Shown piece after piece: positions 16,209 to 30,385 of a DNA stretch of 64,000 nt. Source of the stretch: Eledone cirrhosa (taxonomy: Eukaryota). Under the pieces are notes generated by a model that saw only the letters and a list, made by a program, of their open reading frames with translations, made no database searches and was not told where the DNA came from. The DNA lies in the NCBI GenBank assembly GCA_964016885.1, contig OZ024747.1:55428001-55492000 (forward strand), given 5' to 3'. Position numbers and translations under genes: made by a program. Every line of letters starts with the position of its first letter. Position 1 is the first letter of the stretch.

Positions 16209-16850
16209 TTAATTAGGTTTATAATATTTAAATGTTTTTTTTAGTTTATGATTACACGATATAATTAATTCCTGTCTTTTATTTAATAAGATATCCCTAG
16301 ACTTCATTATTTCAAATAGTTCTTGGGAACATAATCTACATTCCTTTCTATTATTTTGATAAGGGGTGGCTCTTTTGAGCACACTCCAGGTCAAATCATA
16401 TTTTATATTTTTATTTTTATAACTATTGATTTTTTCTGCTAGAGATGTTGTATTAGCCAGTGCGGCATTTTTAAAGCTATGTTTGTGGGTATTATACCTT
16501 GTCTTAAAATTGTTAGAGGTAGCTCCTATATATGAGCAAATAGAATCTTTAGTTTTAACATTACATTTATAGACTATGTTGTTAACAAGACAATTCCCTT
16601 TTAATGGGCAGTTTGTTTTGTTTCTACAGTTACATCCTTTCGTTAATTCTGTATTTGAGGAGATATTATTATTAATTTGATGTACTGGTGGTATACTTAT
16701 GGTTTTCTTACATTTATATGCATTATATGCACTTATATTTTGTTTTATGTTATTTGTTGTAGAGTATGAGAATTTAACTGTAGACCTATTTAAGATTTGA
16801 TGGTATTTGTGGTTTGGCGGGAAGTTTTTCTCAAGGATATAAAAAAAATT
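16209..16850 (-). CDS. PLE C-terminal fragment: linker + Cys knuckle + GIY-YIG endonuclease (Naiad-like), 5'-truncated
   Basis: NFPPNHKYHQILNRSTVKFSYS...CNCRNKTNCPLKGNC LVNNIVY...YIGAT..FKTRYNTHKHSF...CRLC..E...LLNKRQELIISCNH; the ATG at 16859 derives from the junction repeat. Confidence 0.9.
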   Translation of the reverse strand, partial: NFFYILEKNFPPNHKYHQILNRSTVKFSYSTTNNIKQNISAYNAYKCKKTISIPPVHQINNNISSNTELTKGCNCRNKTNCPLKGNCLVNNIVYKCNVKTKDSICSYIGATSNNFKTRYNTHKHSFKNAALANTTSLAEKINSYKNKNIKYDLTWSVLKRATPYQNNRKECRLCSQELFEIMKSRDILLNKRQELIISCNHKLKKTFKYYKPN

Positions 16851-18397
16851 AATATACATTTAATATACAATTTAATATACATTTAATATACAATTAATAT
16901 ACATTTTGGAAATATATTTATTATTTGGTTTTAGTTTTAATCAACCTAAAACTTTAATTTTAATTTGCTTAAAATTAGTATCCTTGTACAGACGAATTGC
17001 AGAATGTCATGTAATCATAGAATGGGATGTGTTTTGGATATATACCTAGTTAATATATTCTGTGCAATTTTTTGAAAGAGATATGTATATCTATATGTAT
17101 ATGTATATGTGTGTATTGTATGTGTATCTGTATGTATATTTAGATGACTATATATGTATGTATGTGTATATATATGTATATATATATATATATATGTGTG
17201 TATATGTATATATATGTATATGTGTATGTATATGTATGTGTATGCGTATTTATTTTGATTTTTATTTGCATATAATTATATTATGCTATTGATGAAATAC
17301 AATATCTGCTTTATGTATTGTATACCTAATTAACATATACTAATTAACGTATACTATTGAAATAAATATATAATTTTTAATTTAGTTAACATATAATTTA
17401 TATGCTACTACCGATGTAATACTTTATTTTATTTTTATTTGGGTTTCTTTTCCCTATTACTAAATTCATCTCCTAATATTGATACCATAACGTTATTAAC
17501 TTTAATTTAGTTATAATGTAATTAATAATCTACTACTGTTTGACTTCATAATTTTGCTTCAAATATTATAAACCTAACTAATTTACACCTTGGAAATCAA
17601 TATGTTGACTATCTTTGGTTTAGTTAACATATGATTAATGGTATACTTTTTTATTTTGGGATGCATAGATTTCGTATTTCCTAGCACTGAAAATATGTAA
17701 GAACATACATTGAATTAAGATACGGAAAATATTATATGTTTCTTGAAACATATATTTACTTTGATCCCCTTCTCCAAACCCCCCCTTTCCCCCATACTAT
17801 TATCATCTGTTTTTGTAAGAGTATATGTATGAATATATGTGTAGGTGGGTGTCTATATAGGTTTTGGTATTTATTTCTAAATATAAAAATACATATATGA
17901 GCATGTAAATATGAATGTAAGATTGAGTGTGTATATATGATTGTACATACATATGTATGTATATATATGTATATATATGTATTATATATGTATGTGTATG
18001 TGAATGTGTGGTATGTATATGTGTATGTATATGTATATATGTGTATGTATGTGTATGCTTGTATATAGGAATATATATATGTGTATATATTATATATATG
18101 TATATGCGTGGTTGTATGTATGTGTATATGGGTTCTGTATATATTCGTATGTCTCTCTATTTATATGTTTATCTTCGTATCTATGTGATATATGTGTGTG
18201 TGTGTGCATATATGCATATGTATGTGTTTGTGTGTGTTTATATGTGTGTGTGTATATATATATGTATTTGCGCACACTCACATACACATATATATATATA
18301 TGTATATGTGAGTGTGTATGTGTGTCTGTGTGTGTGTGTGTGTGTGTATGTGTATATATATGTGTATATATATGTATGTATGTATGTGTATATATAT

Positions 18398-18433
<36 letters not shown>

Positions 18434-18691
18434 ATATGCGTATCTATGTGTGAATATATGTCTTTATTCGTATGTGTATATTTATGTATGTATATGTTTA
18501 GGTGTATGTATGTATGTGTATGTATGTGTGTGTATATATATATGTATATGTATATATGTATATGTGTGTATATATGTATATATATATATATATATTATTC
18601 TTTATTATTATTGTAATATAACTTATGTGTATATGTGTATAAGTGAGGTTGTGTATGTATATATACTATGTGTATATATAAGAGTAATGAA

Positions 18692-18722
<31 letters not shown>

Positions 18723-18812
18723 CATGTCTGTTTTTTATGTGTGTGTATATATATATGTGTATGTGTATATATGTGTATATGTATATATATATATATGTAC
18801 GTGTGTGTATGT

Positions 18813-18848
<36 letters not shown>

Positions 18849-18906
18849 GTGGGTGTTTGTATGTATATTTATGGTGGTATGAGTGTGGGGATATATATGT
18901 TTGTAT

Positions 18907-18938
<32 letters not shown>

Positions 18939-18959
18939 GAGTCTATGTGTGTGTGTATA

Positions 18960-19000
<41 letters not shown>

Positions 19001-19765
19001 ATGTGTGTATGTGTTGCGCGTGAGTGTGTGTGTATTTATATCTTTTTATATGTGTATGTGTATGTTCGTGTAAATGTATGTGTGTGTATGACAGTATAGG
19101 TATGTGTGTATGTATGTATGTGTAGATATCTCTATGTGCGCGTACATGTATGTATGTGTATGTATATCTGTATGTGTATGTACATTTATTATATTTTATT
19201 GTTTTTATTTTTATTTTTTTATTTTTCTTAATTTATAGATACATTTATTTTAGGCTGTCTGGTCTGACAATCTAATACTGACCCCTCCCCCCCCCCTCCC
19301 ACCTAATTTCTGTATCTTGATCTTGAAATGTGTGTACCAGTGTTTTTATGTGAGTGACTTAATTTCTATTTGCTTATGATTTTATATCCACATATATAAA
19401 TGTGAGTGGGGGAGTGTGTGTGTTTGTATGTTCGTGGTTATGTGTATATTTATGCATATACGCACATGTATGTGTGATTATACTGATATGTGTGAGTATG
19501 AAAAAAATATATTTATATGCTTGACTCCATAAGTATCTTTGCGTATCTTATCAGCGCATTAAGCTTACAGAGATATTAACCTTGAAATTTTGTGTTTACA
19601 TCCATCTTTTTAGTATACACATACAAATTATACACACATTATTGTAAAATATGTGTAAGGTTTTTGCATGTATATACACACACCAAACTGCTTTTAACCC
19701 TTTGTGTTTTCATTGGTCAATTTTGAACTGACATTTTGAATTGTTGTTATTATCAATAAATATAC

Positions 19766-19920
19766 TTCATTATTTCTGAAGACGGCGTATATATGAGTTA
19801 GGTATGTATATTTAATCTTGATAATTTGTATAATTTTGTATAATTTTGTACATAGATCTGTTAAATATGCATACCAATTATAACACATATATGCCCTAGA
19901 AACGATCGTTAAATAGTGAA
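19766..19920 (+). ncRNA. Type-I hammerhead ribozyme motif with very long stem II
   Basis: ttcattattt-CTGAAGA-[~115-nt hairpin: ggcgtatatatgagtta-ggtatgtatatttaa...ttaaatatgcatacc-taacacatatatgcc]-GAAA-cgatcg-TT-aaatagtgaa; 10-bp stem I, palindromic stem III. Confidence 0.72.
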
Positions 19921-20108
19921 CTTTTTTTGTTTAATATAAGGAATTGTTTGTTCATTATTTGTTTAATATTTTATCTTGACTCTGTATACCGTTTATCTTT
20001 CACCGAAAGTGGATTTTCATTACATCTCTTCTTTCCATGATATCCGGAATACATTGAGTTCTTCATACGGATTGGACACTACCGTAAACTCTTGGTAGAT
20101 TTATCTAC

Positions 20109-20183
<75 letters not shown>

Positions 20184-20187
20184 AATG

Positions 20188-20352
<165 letters not shown>

Positions 20353-20383
20353 GTATATATATATATAAATATATATATATATA

Positions 20384-20559
<176 letters not shown>

Positions 20560-20590
20560 TATATGCACACACACACATATATATATATAT

Positions 20591-21521
20591 ATGTCATATA
20601 CAGATGCCATATACAGATGGGCGGAAGAAAACAACATGCAGTTTAATGCTGGCAAATTCCAAGCCCTACAATACAAACCTGCAAACACAAACACAAATAT
20701 AGCGGAACACAGCTACACAGGACCAGGAGGGACCGATATCCCCGTGTCAAAATCGATACGAGACCTGGGCATAGACATGAGCGATGATGCATCTTTTTCT
20801 TCACACATCATGAAGGTGGCGACAGCATGTAGACGATTCGCTGGCTGGATCTTGAGGACTTTCCTTACAAGAGATCGAGACACCATGTTGACACTGTGGA
20901 GGACTTTTGTCCTAAGCCGCCTGGACTACTGCTCCCAGCTGTGGTCACCCCATAGTGTCAAACTAACCACAGAGCTTGAGGCAATCCAGCGAAGCTACAC
21001 CAAGAGGATTGCCAAGATGAGGGAGACAAGCTACTGGGAGAGGCTGAAGGAACTGAACCTCTACTCCTTGGAGCGAAGACGGGAGAGATACGCAGTGATC
21101 TACATGTGGAAAATCCTGGAGGGACTAGCACCAAACTTTGGCATTGGGAGCTGGACCAACCGTCGAACAGGACGTCACTGTGTGGTGCCAAAGGTCCCGT
21201 CTTCCACATCTAGAATAAGGAGCAGGTATTGCAATAGCCTGGGATTCAAGGGCCCTCAACTCTTCAACAGGCTGCCGAGGCATCTGCGAGACTTGCATGA
21301 CGTGGAGGTGGATGTCTTTAAGAAACATCTCGACACCTTGTTATCCAGGATCCCGGATGAGCCCACAGCAAGACACGAGGGAAACCTAAGGGCAGCAGCA
21401 ACAAACTCCCTCCTACACCAGTGGCCAACCTATACAGGCTGGAGATAAAATGTGTAGCAACAAGGGCGGTGCCCCAGCATGGCCTCAGCCGGATGGCTGA
21501 AACAGGTAAAAGAGTAAAAGA

Positions 21522-21522
<1 letters not shown>
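20591..21522 (+). mobile_element. 5'-truncated CR1-group LINE; RT C-terminal ORF 20591-21448, short 3' UTR, (GTAAAAGA)2 tail
   Basis: [59 protein letters not shown]; uninterrupted frame; inserted in (TA)n. Confidence 0.88.
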
Positions 21523-21574
<52 letters not shown>

Positions 21575-22085
21575 CATATAAGGTTTATCAGCCTTTGTAT
21601 GAAATCAGTAAGGCTTATCTTCATGATGGAGGATTTTATATTTCGACATAAAACTTTAAACAAGTACAACAATATATAACTAAAATATATAGATTACTAA
21701 TAAAAATTATAATAATAAAATAATATCTGAAATAAAATAGAGACGATTGCAACGAATGACAAAATATTACCTGACCATGACAAACACTCAACTACAAGAT
21801 AGAAGGATTCAACTGCGTCACTATCACGAACCTTACACGACCTAGAACAAATGATTTCACAGAAAAGTATCTTTTAAAAAATCATAACGAGAAATCGGAA
21901 AAAATGGCGGAACATTGTAATAAAAATAGAAAATTAAACAAGATTCAATTTGACTTATTTTCTTTTTTTTATCGATTCACTATTTTTATAAGGAGAATCC
22001 AATATTTTTTATTCAAAATTATGTGAAAGATAAAATCAGGTAAAATAAATGGGTATAATACATGCATACGCAAATACACATACAT

Positions 22086-22121
<36 letters not shown>

Positions 22122-22214
22122 GCATAAATATGTATACAATATATATATATATATACAATATATATATAAAATATACATATATACAATATATATATGCATA
22201 CACCTCTATTCTTT

Positions 22215-22261
<47 letters not shown>

Positions 22262-22277
22262 AGAGAGAGAGAGAGAA

Positions 22278-22319
<42 letters not shown>

Positions 22320-22443
22320 ATTTTATATATAGAATAAATATATCTGCACACACACACTCATACACACACACATATATATATACACACACACCCACATCTA
22401 TTTATATAATATAGAAAATGGTTTCTACAAGTCTAGAACTGTT

Positions 22444-22492
22444 TCATTCGGAGGAAATCATGAGGATTTCCAGATGATTTCCTCCGAATGAA
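22444..22492. repeat. Short inverted repeat (19-bp arms) over a hammerhead-like remnant
   Basis: ttcattcggaggaaatcat...atgatttcctccgaatgaa; minus strand reads ATGA-tttcctccgaat-GAAAcagttctag. Confidence 0.55.
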
Positions 22493-22701
22493 TTTAATTT
22501 AAATCTCCCTTCCTAAGAAGTCATATCCGATCGATCCTTTGAGTCTCTCGCAGAGTTGCTCCCTTCATAATGTGTTTTCAAACCAAAATATTTTGGATTA
22601 TTAAATTTGCTATGGCAAGATTCCATTGTTATATTAGCAATTTTAATTTTCGAGTGCATTGTATGGTTTTCAAAGTTATGTAAATATGTATGCACTCACA
22701 G

Positions 22702-22752
<51 letters not shown>

Positions 22753-22771
22753 GAATATATATATATATAGA

Positions 22772-22873
<102 letters not shown>

Positions 22874-22887
22874 TATATTATATATAT

Positions 22888-22940
<53 letters not shown>

Positions 22941-22984
22941 ATATATAATATATATATATATATATATAATATATATATATATAT

Positions 22985-23038
<54 letters not shown>

Positions 23039-23170
23039 ATATATAATATATATATATATATATATAATATATATATATATATAATATATATATAATATAT
23101 ATATATATATCCTTTTGGGATTCTTTCTCACGTCGTGTAGACGCGTTCTTGAGACTAGTAAAATGAGGTA

Positions 23171-23258
23171 TCCTCTTGATAAGTCGGCAGACCTCGCAAG
23201 GACTCTATATCTTTGATATATTGTTTTTGTTTATGCCACGAAACTACGTAGTCGAGGA
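23171..23258 (+). ncRNA. Type-I hammerhead ribozyme motif, U3-A8 core variant
   Basis: tcctc-TTGATAA-gtcggca...tgccac-GAAA-ctacgtag-TC-gagga; stem I tcctc/gagga, palindromic stem III, GUC cleavage triplet. Confidence 0.82.
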
Positions 23259-23492
23259 GTTTAGGAACAGTTTAGGTATGATACATTTTATTACTAATTA
23301 TATCTAAATGTTTCTTCTCTCTTCATAATGTATTTTTAACTCTGATACTGGTTCAGTCTGGTTCAAACTGAATTGGTCTGTCCCAGTCATTCATTGAGCA
23401 ACATCGGTGAAGTTGGCACCCTTAACCCACAGTTGGGTGCGGATGCATTCATGTATATATGTGTGTGTCCGCATGTATCTGTGTGTTTCTAA

Positions 23493-23538
<46 letters not shown>

Positions 23539-23600
23539 TATATGAAAAATGGCGTAGGATAGAAGAAAGGAAAGGCACAGAAACGAAGAAAGGAATCCCC

Positions 23601-23645
23601 AGTCACTGAAGAGGTCACAGAGTGTGTGACGAAAGGCCTATGACT
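23601..23645 (+). ncRNA. Minimal type-I hammerhead ribozyme motif
   Basis: agtca-CTGAAGA-g-gtcaca-gagtg-tgtgac-GAAA-ggcc-TA-tgact; all stems close and stem III is the palindrome AGGCCT. Confidence 0.85.
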
Positions 23646-23821
23646 ATATATATAAACAACTATCTGGTTGTGGAACCAACCAACCAACCAGAAATTTATA
23701 AGTTTGTAAATTTGTAAATTTGTAAATTTGTAAATTTATAAATTTATAAATATATAATAAATTGAAGTGAAAGCAACTGGTGCGTGTGTTTCTTATTGGC
23801 AACATGACCCTCCCAAAGTAT

Positions 23822-23861
<40 letters not shown>

Positions 23862-24056
23862 CGTTTGTGTACGGGTGCGTGTGAATTTGAGTCCATATCT
23901 AGTTGAAACTCTTACTTTACTACAAATATAATGTATATGCACATGACTTTATATCTACCAAATATATTCACAATTTCAGTAAACCGCCATTCAGTAAACC
24001 GCCAGTAAACCGAGTCGATACTAAACTTCGCAATCAATAACTTCCATATCCTATTC

Positions 24057-24144
<88 letters not shown>

Positions 24145-24150
<6 letters not shown>

Positions 24151-24565
24151 AAAGAATAGAGGTGTAATACACAAGTTATTATATATTGGTAAACGGAATA
24201 GAAAATGCTGACAAATTGTTCACAGTTGAAAAATGGTTTAATTAGGAATAAAAGAGTATTAGTAATTGTATTGGTTAGTATTCAGTTGTGGTGTTAAGTT
24301 TTTAAGTTTTTACCGGTTGCGCATTTCTAAATGCTTTTCAAAAATAATTTTGAGATAGAGTGTCCGTGTTGTTTGCTCTAATCTGAGCAAACAACACGGA
24401 CACTCTATCTCAAAATTATTTTTGAAAAGCATTTAGAAATGCGCAACCGGTAAAAGCTTAAAACCACAACTGAATACTAACCCATACAATTACTAATACT
24501 CTTTTATTCCTAATTAAACCATTTTTCAACTGTGAACAATTTGTCAGCATTTTCTATTCCGTTTA

Positions 24566-24570
<5 letters not shown>
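24145..24570. mobile_element. Fold-back mini-element (arms 24185-24378 / 24385-24570, 6-nt loop) carrying an HHR-like motif in each arm
   Basis: ~190-bp near-perfect inverted repeat; TTGAAAA-gcattt-ag-aaatgc-GCAA-ccgg-TA at ~24419-24455; (TA)n on both sides. Confidence 0.8.
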
Positions 24571-24603
<33 letters not shown>

Positions 24604-25326
24604 CACCCATTCCTTCCCATGCGCATGTGCATGATTGTGACACGTGTATATGCTCTTCAGTATTATGGAGGCTCTCTATGCCCTGAGTTCAAATCCCTCT
24701 ACCGTCAACTCTGCCTTCACTCTTTCAATATTTGGTGGGTCTATTTTTCTCTCTTTCTCTCACCTTTTCTACACTCTGCTCGCAGAAATACACTGTTTCG
24801 ACTCGGAGAGAGATATGCTCCACCAAGATTAAATGCCCAAGTTACGACTGCGTCTCTAGGTAAGGACCTATGATAAAACATTATATTCTATGAATTTGAA
24901 AAGGTTTTTCTGAATGTTCAATAGAGATGGTGCTTCTGCGTAGTCATTTGATTGGTTAGACATAAAAGCTAAATTTTCCCGAACTACACTATGAAAACGT
25001 TAATGGAATCCTTTAATAATATATCAATACGACCAATGCTAATTTGGGCTACTTAAGATATACGTGTAAAACATTACGTACAAATGTATAGCTGATAACA
25101 TGAAGATATTTTTAGCACGTCTAATGAACCCTTAGCGATGCAGTCAATAGGTTTGTGTCGCAACACAACAATATATATTACCACAGTGTCCTAGTCTCAC
25201 TTGTATATGATGTCCCAGATCATATATGAATGCTATCTGTAATAGATATATATACACACGAACAGATTTATCGATCATCTCCTTAACGTCGTGTAACTAG
25301 AGAAAGATTATCACTCTCTTTCTCTC

Positions 25327-25367
<41 letters not shown>

Positions 25368-25377
25368 GTCTCTCTCT

Positions 25378-25461
<84 letters not shown>

Positions 25462-25523
25462 GTAATTCTGCATTCTTGTGCTTGTTTTTACCCTTTATTA
25501 AATACACACACACACACACTTAC

Positions 25524-25606
<83 letters not shown>

Positions 25607-26090
25607 CTTATAAGAGATAGGGAGAGAGAGAGAGAGAGGGGGAGAGAAAAAGAAAGAAATAAGATAACTGGCCCTTAAAATGAACCAAACATACTAGAGG
25701 GCTTAGGTTACAGTTTTGTATTTTAGTAACATTAACATTATCTTAAATAAACAAGGCAAAGATTAACTATAACACATCCATTTGAAAATATAAATAAATT
25801 TATCGTATTTCCTACGATTGTACGTGTCTCATTGTTTTGTGGTTTTTGTCTCCGTGTGATAGTTTCATTGTTTGATCTGACAGGGAACTCCATCTTTTTA
25901 AATGGCTTGTCTTTATCAGAACACATTAATATAAAGCTCTGATTAAAGAAGATTTTTATTTGAATCCAGAAGATTAGAAGCAACTTATATTGTGTACGTA
26001 CACAAACATCCACAAACACAAATATTCTATAATCTGTATATAACACGTAAATACATTTGTACAGACGCAAATACTTACATACATACATAC

Positions 26091-26146
<56 letters not shown>

Positions 26147-26469
26147 ATGTATATATATATTCATATATATATATACATATTTATTCATATATATATAATT
26201 ATATATATAAATATATATATATATATATTCATAAATATATCTATATATATATATATCTACATATATATGCATATATATGTGGATATATATATATGTATAT
26301 ATATATATACATATATGTACACGCACACACACGCGTGCACACACACACATACATACACACATACACCACACAGATATATATATATGTATGTATATATGAA
26401 GTACCTCTTCTACTTAATGTATTGCGTACCTTATTTAAATGTCGGCTCCTTCCCATCCTCTATGGAGAA

Positions 26470-26505
<36 letters not shown>

Positions 26506-26508
26506 ATA

Positions 26509-26579
<71 letters not shown>

Positions 26580-27499
26580 TATATATATATACGTTAATAA
26601 TTTATATGTATGTAAACGCATATATGTATAAATATATATATGCTTTATTTATATATAGATACGCTTTATATATATGCTTTATATATATATATATGTGTGT
26701 TTATGTATAATGTGTATGTTTGAGTTATATATGAAGTGTGTATGTACATATGCATATACATATACACATAACTACATACAAAGACACAAACTTACAAACT
26801 TACATCCATACGTGCATGATTATATCCATCCTACATACACCTAAGCATACATACATATAGCTAGATATTCTACAACTACGTTGCTATTCTTATTGTCAAT
26901 CTATTGAAGTACTAGAACTATTTAAATAGCAATCCAGGTTTACTGATTCCAATCTCCTAAACAATAAGTAAATGGTATTTTCAAGAGATCAGATTTGGAA
27001 CATCTTATCCTTGCTATTGTATATGTGGGAAAGTTTGTTTCACATATTGCTCATATGACAAGATTCTAGTTTTACGTAATTTATCTACGTATCGTGATTT
27101 CCGAGAGTCGAGCAAGGGAACATCCGAGAGTCAGTAAATGAAACTGTTTACTCTTTCCCGTCAAGAGTCGAGAGGTGTGGGAATCGTTGGGCATGTGATG
27201 GACTTTGTTGATTCAACTCTATATTTTAATATGTACAACTACTCTTTAAAAAGTGGTTCTATCTCATCTCAGCTTAAAGGAATAGTGGTCAAGATTTTCT
27301 AGTGATTGAATGATGATGCATTAAAATATACCACAAAATTAATATGTCGGTATTAGCTCTTCTCAATGGTGGGAATCAAGTATTGTTTTCCCACTCCATA
27401 CATTTGTATTCAATGGTATATATATATGTGTTTGAGTTTGTGTGAGTAAGTGTTTGTATGTGTCTATCGGCGTGTGTACATACGTGTACATACATATAC

Positions 27500-27588
<89 letters not shown>

Positions 27589-27786
27589 TATATATATATA
27601 TTATATATATATATATTATATATATATATATTATATGTATATATTATATATAAATACATTATATATACATAAACATATACGCATTATATATATATATATA
27701 TATATATATGTTTGTGTGTGTGTGTGTGTATGTATGCATATACTTGTATATTTTATATATATATACATTTTATGTATACATATATA

Positions 27787-27853
<67 letters not shown>

Positions 27854-27904
27854 CGTATATATATACATATACATGTATATTTTATATATATATATCTATA
27901 TATT

Positions 27905-27965
<61 letters not shown>

Positions 27966-28336
27966 ATATATATATATATATTTATAAATATATATAATGT
28001 ACATATATGTTTATATAATGTGTATATATATATTTCAGCCATAGACAGAACTATATAATCTGGTCATATTTCTTTATCAATTCATATTATGAGATTTTCT
28101 TACGGCAAGTAACTTTTGTGTGTCAGAAGACTCACTAATAAATCTACTTACATCAAACACAGAAGCCTCCAATGTAAATATGCACTGTATTTTATGTGAA
28201 CAGGGGTAGAATCACTTTTAAGTACTTGCCTATTTACTTAGTGAAATACTACGACTTTGTGTGGATTGTATTAATACATATCCATTTTGAGTTTGTAATA
28301 TTAAATATAGCCTCTCACCCATATGTATACCCATAA

Positions 28337-28371
<35 letters not shown>

Positions 28372-28438
28372 CACATTCATACAGATAGATAGAGAGAGAG
28401 ATAGATAGAGAGAGAAGCACACGCACGCGCGCGTGCAT

Positions 28439-28476
<38 letters not shown>

Positions 28477-28531
28477 GTATATACATGGGCATACTTAACA
28501 GGGCCCGTCACATAGATGCCTCAGCATGTGG

Positions 28532-28606
<75 letters not shown>

Positions 28607-28706
28607 CATGTGTATGTGTGTATGAATGTTTATGTGTAATCATACGTAACTCATCATTTTGATAAATGTAATAATTGTATTTTTATATTTCATTTTATTT
28701 CTATGA

Positions 28707-28778
<72 letters not shown>

Positions 28779-28899
28779 TTATTTATATATATATATATTT
28801 ATATTTATTTATATATATATATATTTATATTTATTTATATATATATATATTTATATTTATTTATATATATATATATTTATATATATATATATATGTATA

Positions 28900-28955
<56 letters not shown>

Positions 28956-29501
28956 TGTGTATTTTATATTTGTATGCACACATTCGTGTTTAGTGTTACC
29001 CGAACACAAATAAGCCTGTATATGTTCGGAATAGTATGATTTTCTTTATGAAGTTCTATTTCAATGAATATCAGACCGGATTTGTGAAAATGCTTGTATG
29101 TGTACTTCACTTAAGTACATCTTACTTATACATTTGTCGTATTTGCAAAAATGCATATCCGCACCACATATACATACACACACGTATGCGTGTATGTCGC
29201 TCACTTTCTCTCTCTATATATATATATATACTTTCATACACACACACACAGACACATACATACACAAACACTCACACACATATATATATATATAAACATA
29301 AATGTAGGTATATATAAAAGTATATATATATATATATATATACTTACGTATACATACGTATACATATGTATTATATATATATATAATTATATATATATAT
29401 AAAAAAATATATATATATATATACATTAATATGTATACATAAATACACATACAAATACATAAACATAAGTATATATATATATGCATATATATAAATAAAT
29501 A

Positions 29502-29571
<70 letters not shown>

Positions 29572-29992
29572 TATATATATATAGGAATGTATACATATAG
29601 GAATGTATACATATACATAAATATATTTGCAGAGTGGGGAAGTAAGAGATAGGTGAAATAATGATACAATCAGATCAAAGGCCACCACCGTGTATGTGTA
29701 GTGATGAGCTTTAAAAAATAAACGAAATAACTACACAAAAACCACACAAATTATTCAATAAACAAAAATAAAGCCAAGTCAAAATTTCCTCACAAAAAAT
29801 ACATGATCAGTAATGATAGAGCGAGGGAGAGGGAGGTGATTTAATGGGAGTGAGAGTAAGAGGAAGTGTGAGAGAGGCAAGATGGAAATGAAAGGAAAGA
29901 ATTGAAAATAATAAAAAAAATATTAACATTGAAAATGTAAAACAAAATTCATAATATATATATGTGTGGGTCTGTCCGTATATATATATATG

Positions 29993-30044
<52 letters not shown>

Positions 30045-30076
30045 TATATATATATATATATAACATAATATATAAG

Positions 30077-30107
<31 letters not shown>

Positions 30108-30137
30108 TTATATATAAGTATTATACATATATATATA

Positions 30138-30271
<134 letters not shown>

Positions 30272-30345
30272 AAGTATATATATATATATATATTTGTATA
30301 TAAATTTATGTATAAGTATATATATATAAGTATGTATATAGTGAG

Positions 30346-30385
<40 letters not shown>

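Larger units (their letters stand above)
12848..20107. mobile_element. 5'-truncated Penelope-like element with inverted duplication of its 3' region (arms 12848-15926 and 16892-19975; extra tail 19976-20107)
   Basis: Identical ORFs on opposite strands (12935+/19694-, 15526-/17062+); junctions read directly; GIY-YIG ORF in the spacer; (TA)n on both flanks. Confidence 0.88.

Noticed and set aside
16209-16859. Selenocysteine (UGA) recoding as reported for some Naiad PLEs
   Set aside because: Conserved positions are ordinary Cys in both ORF fragments and there is no in-frame TGA
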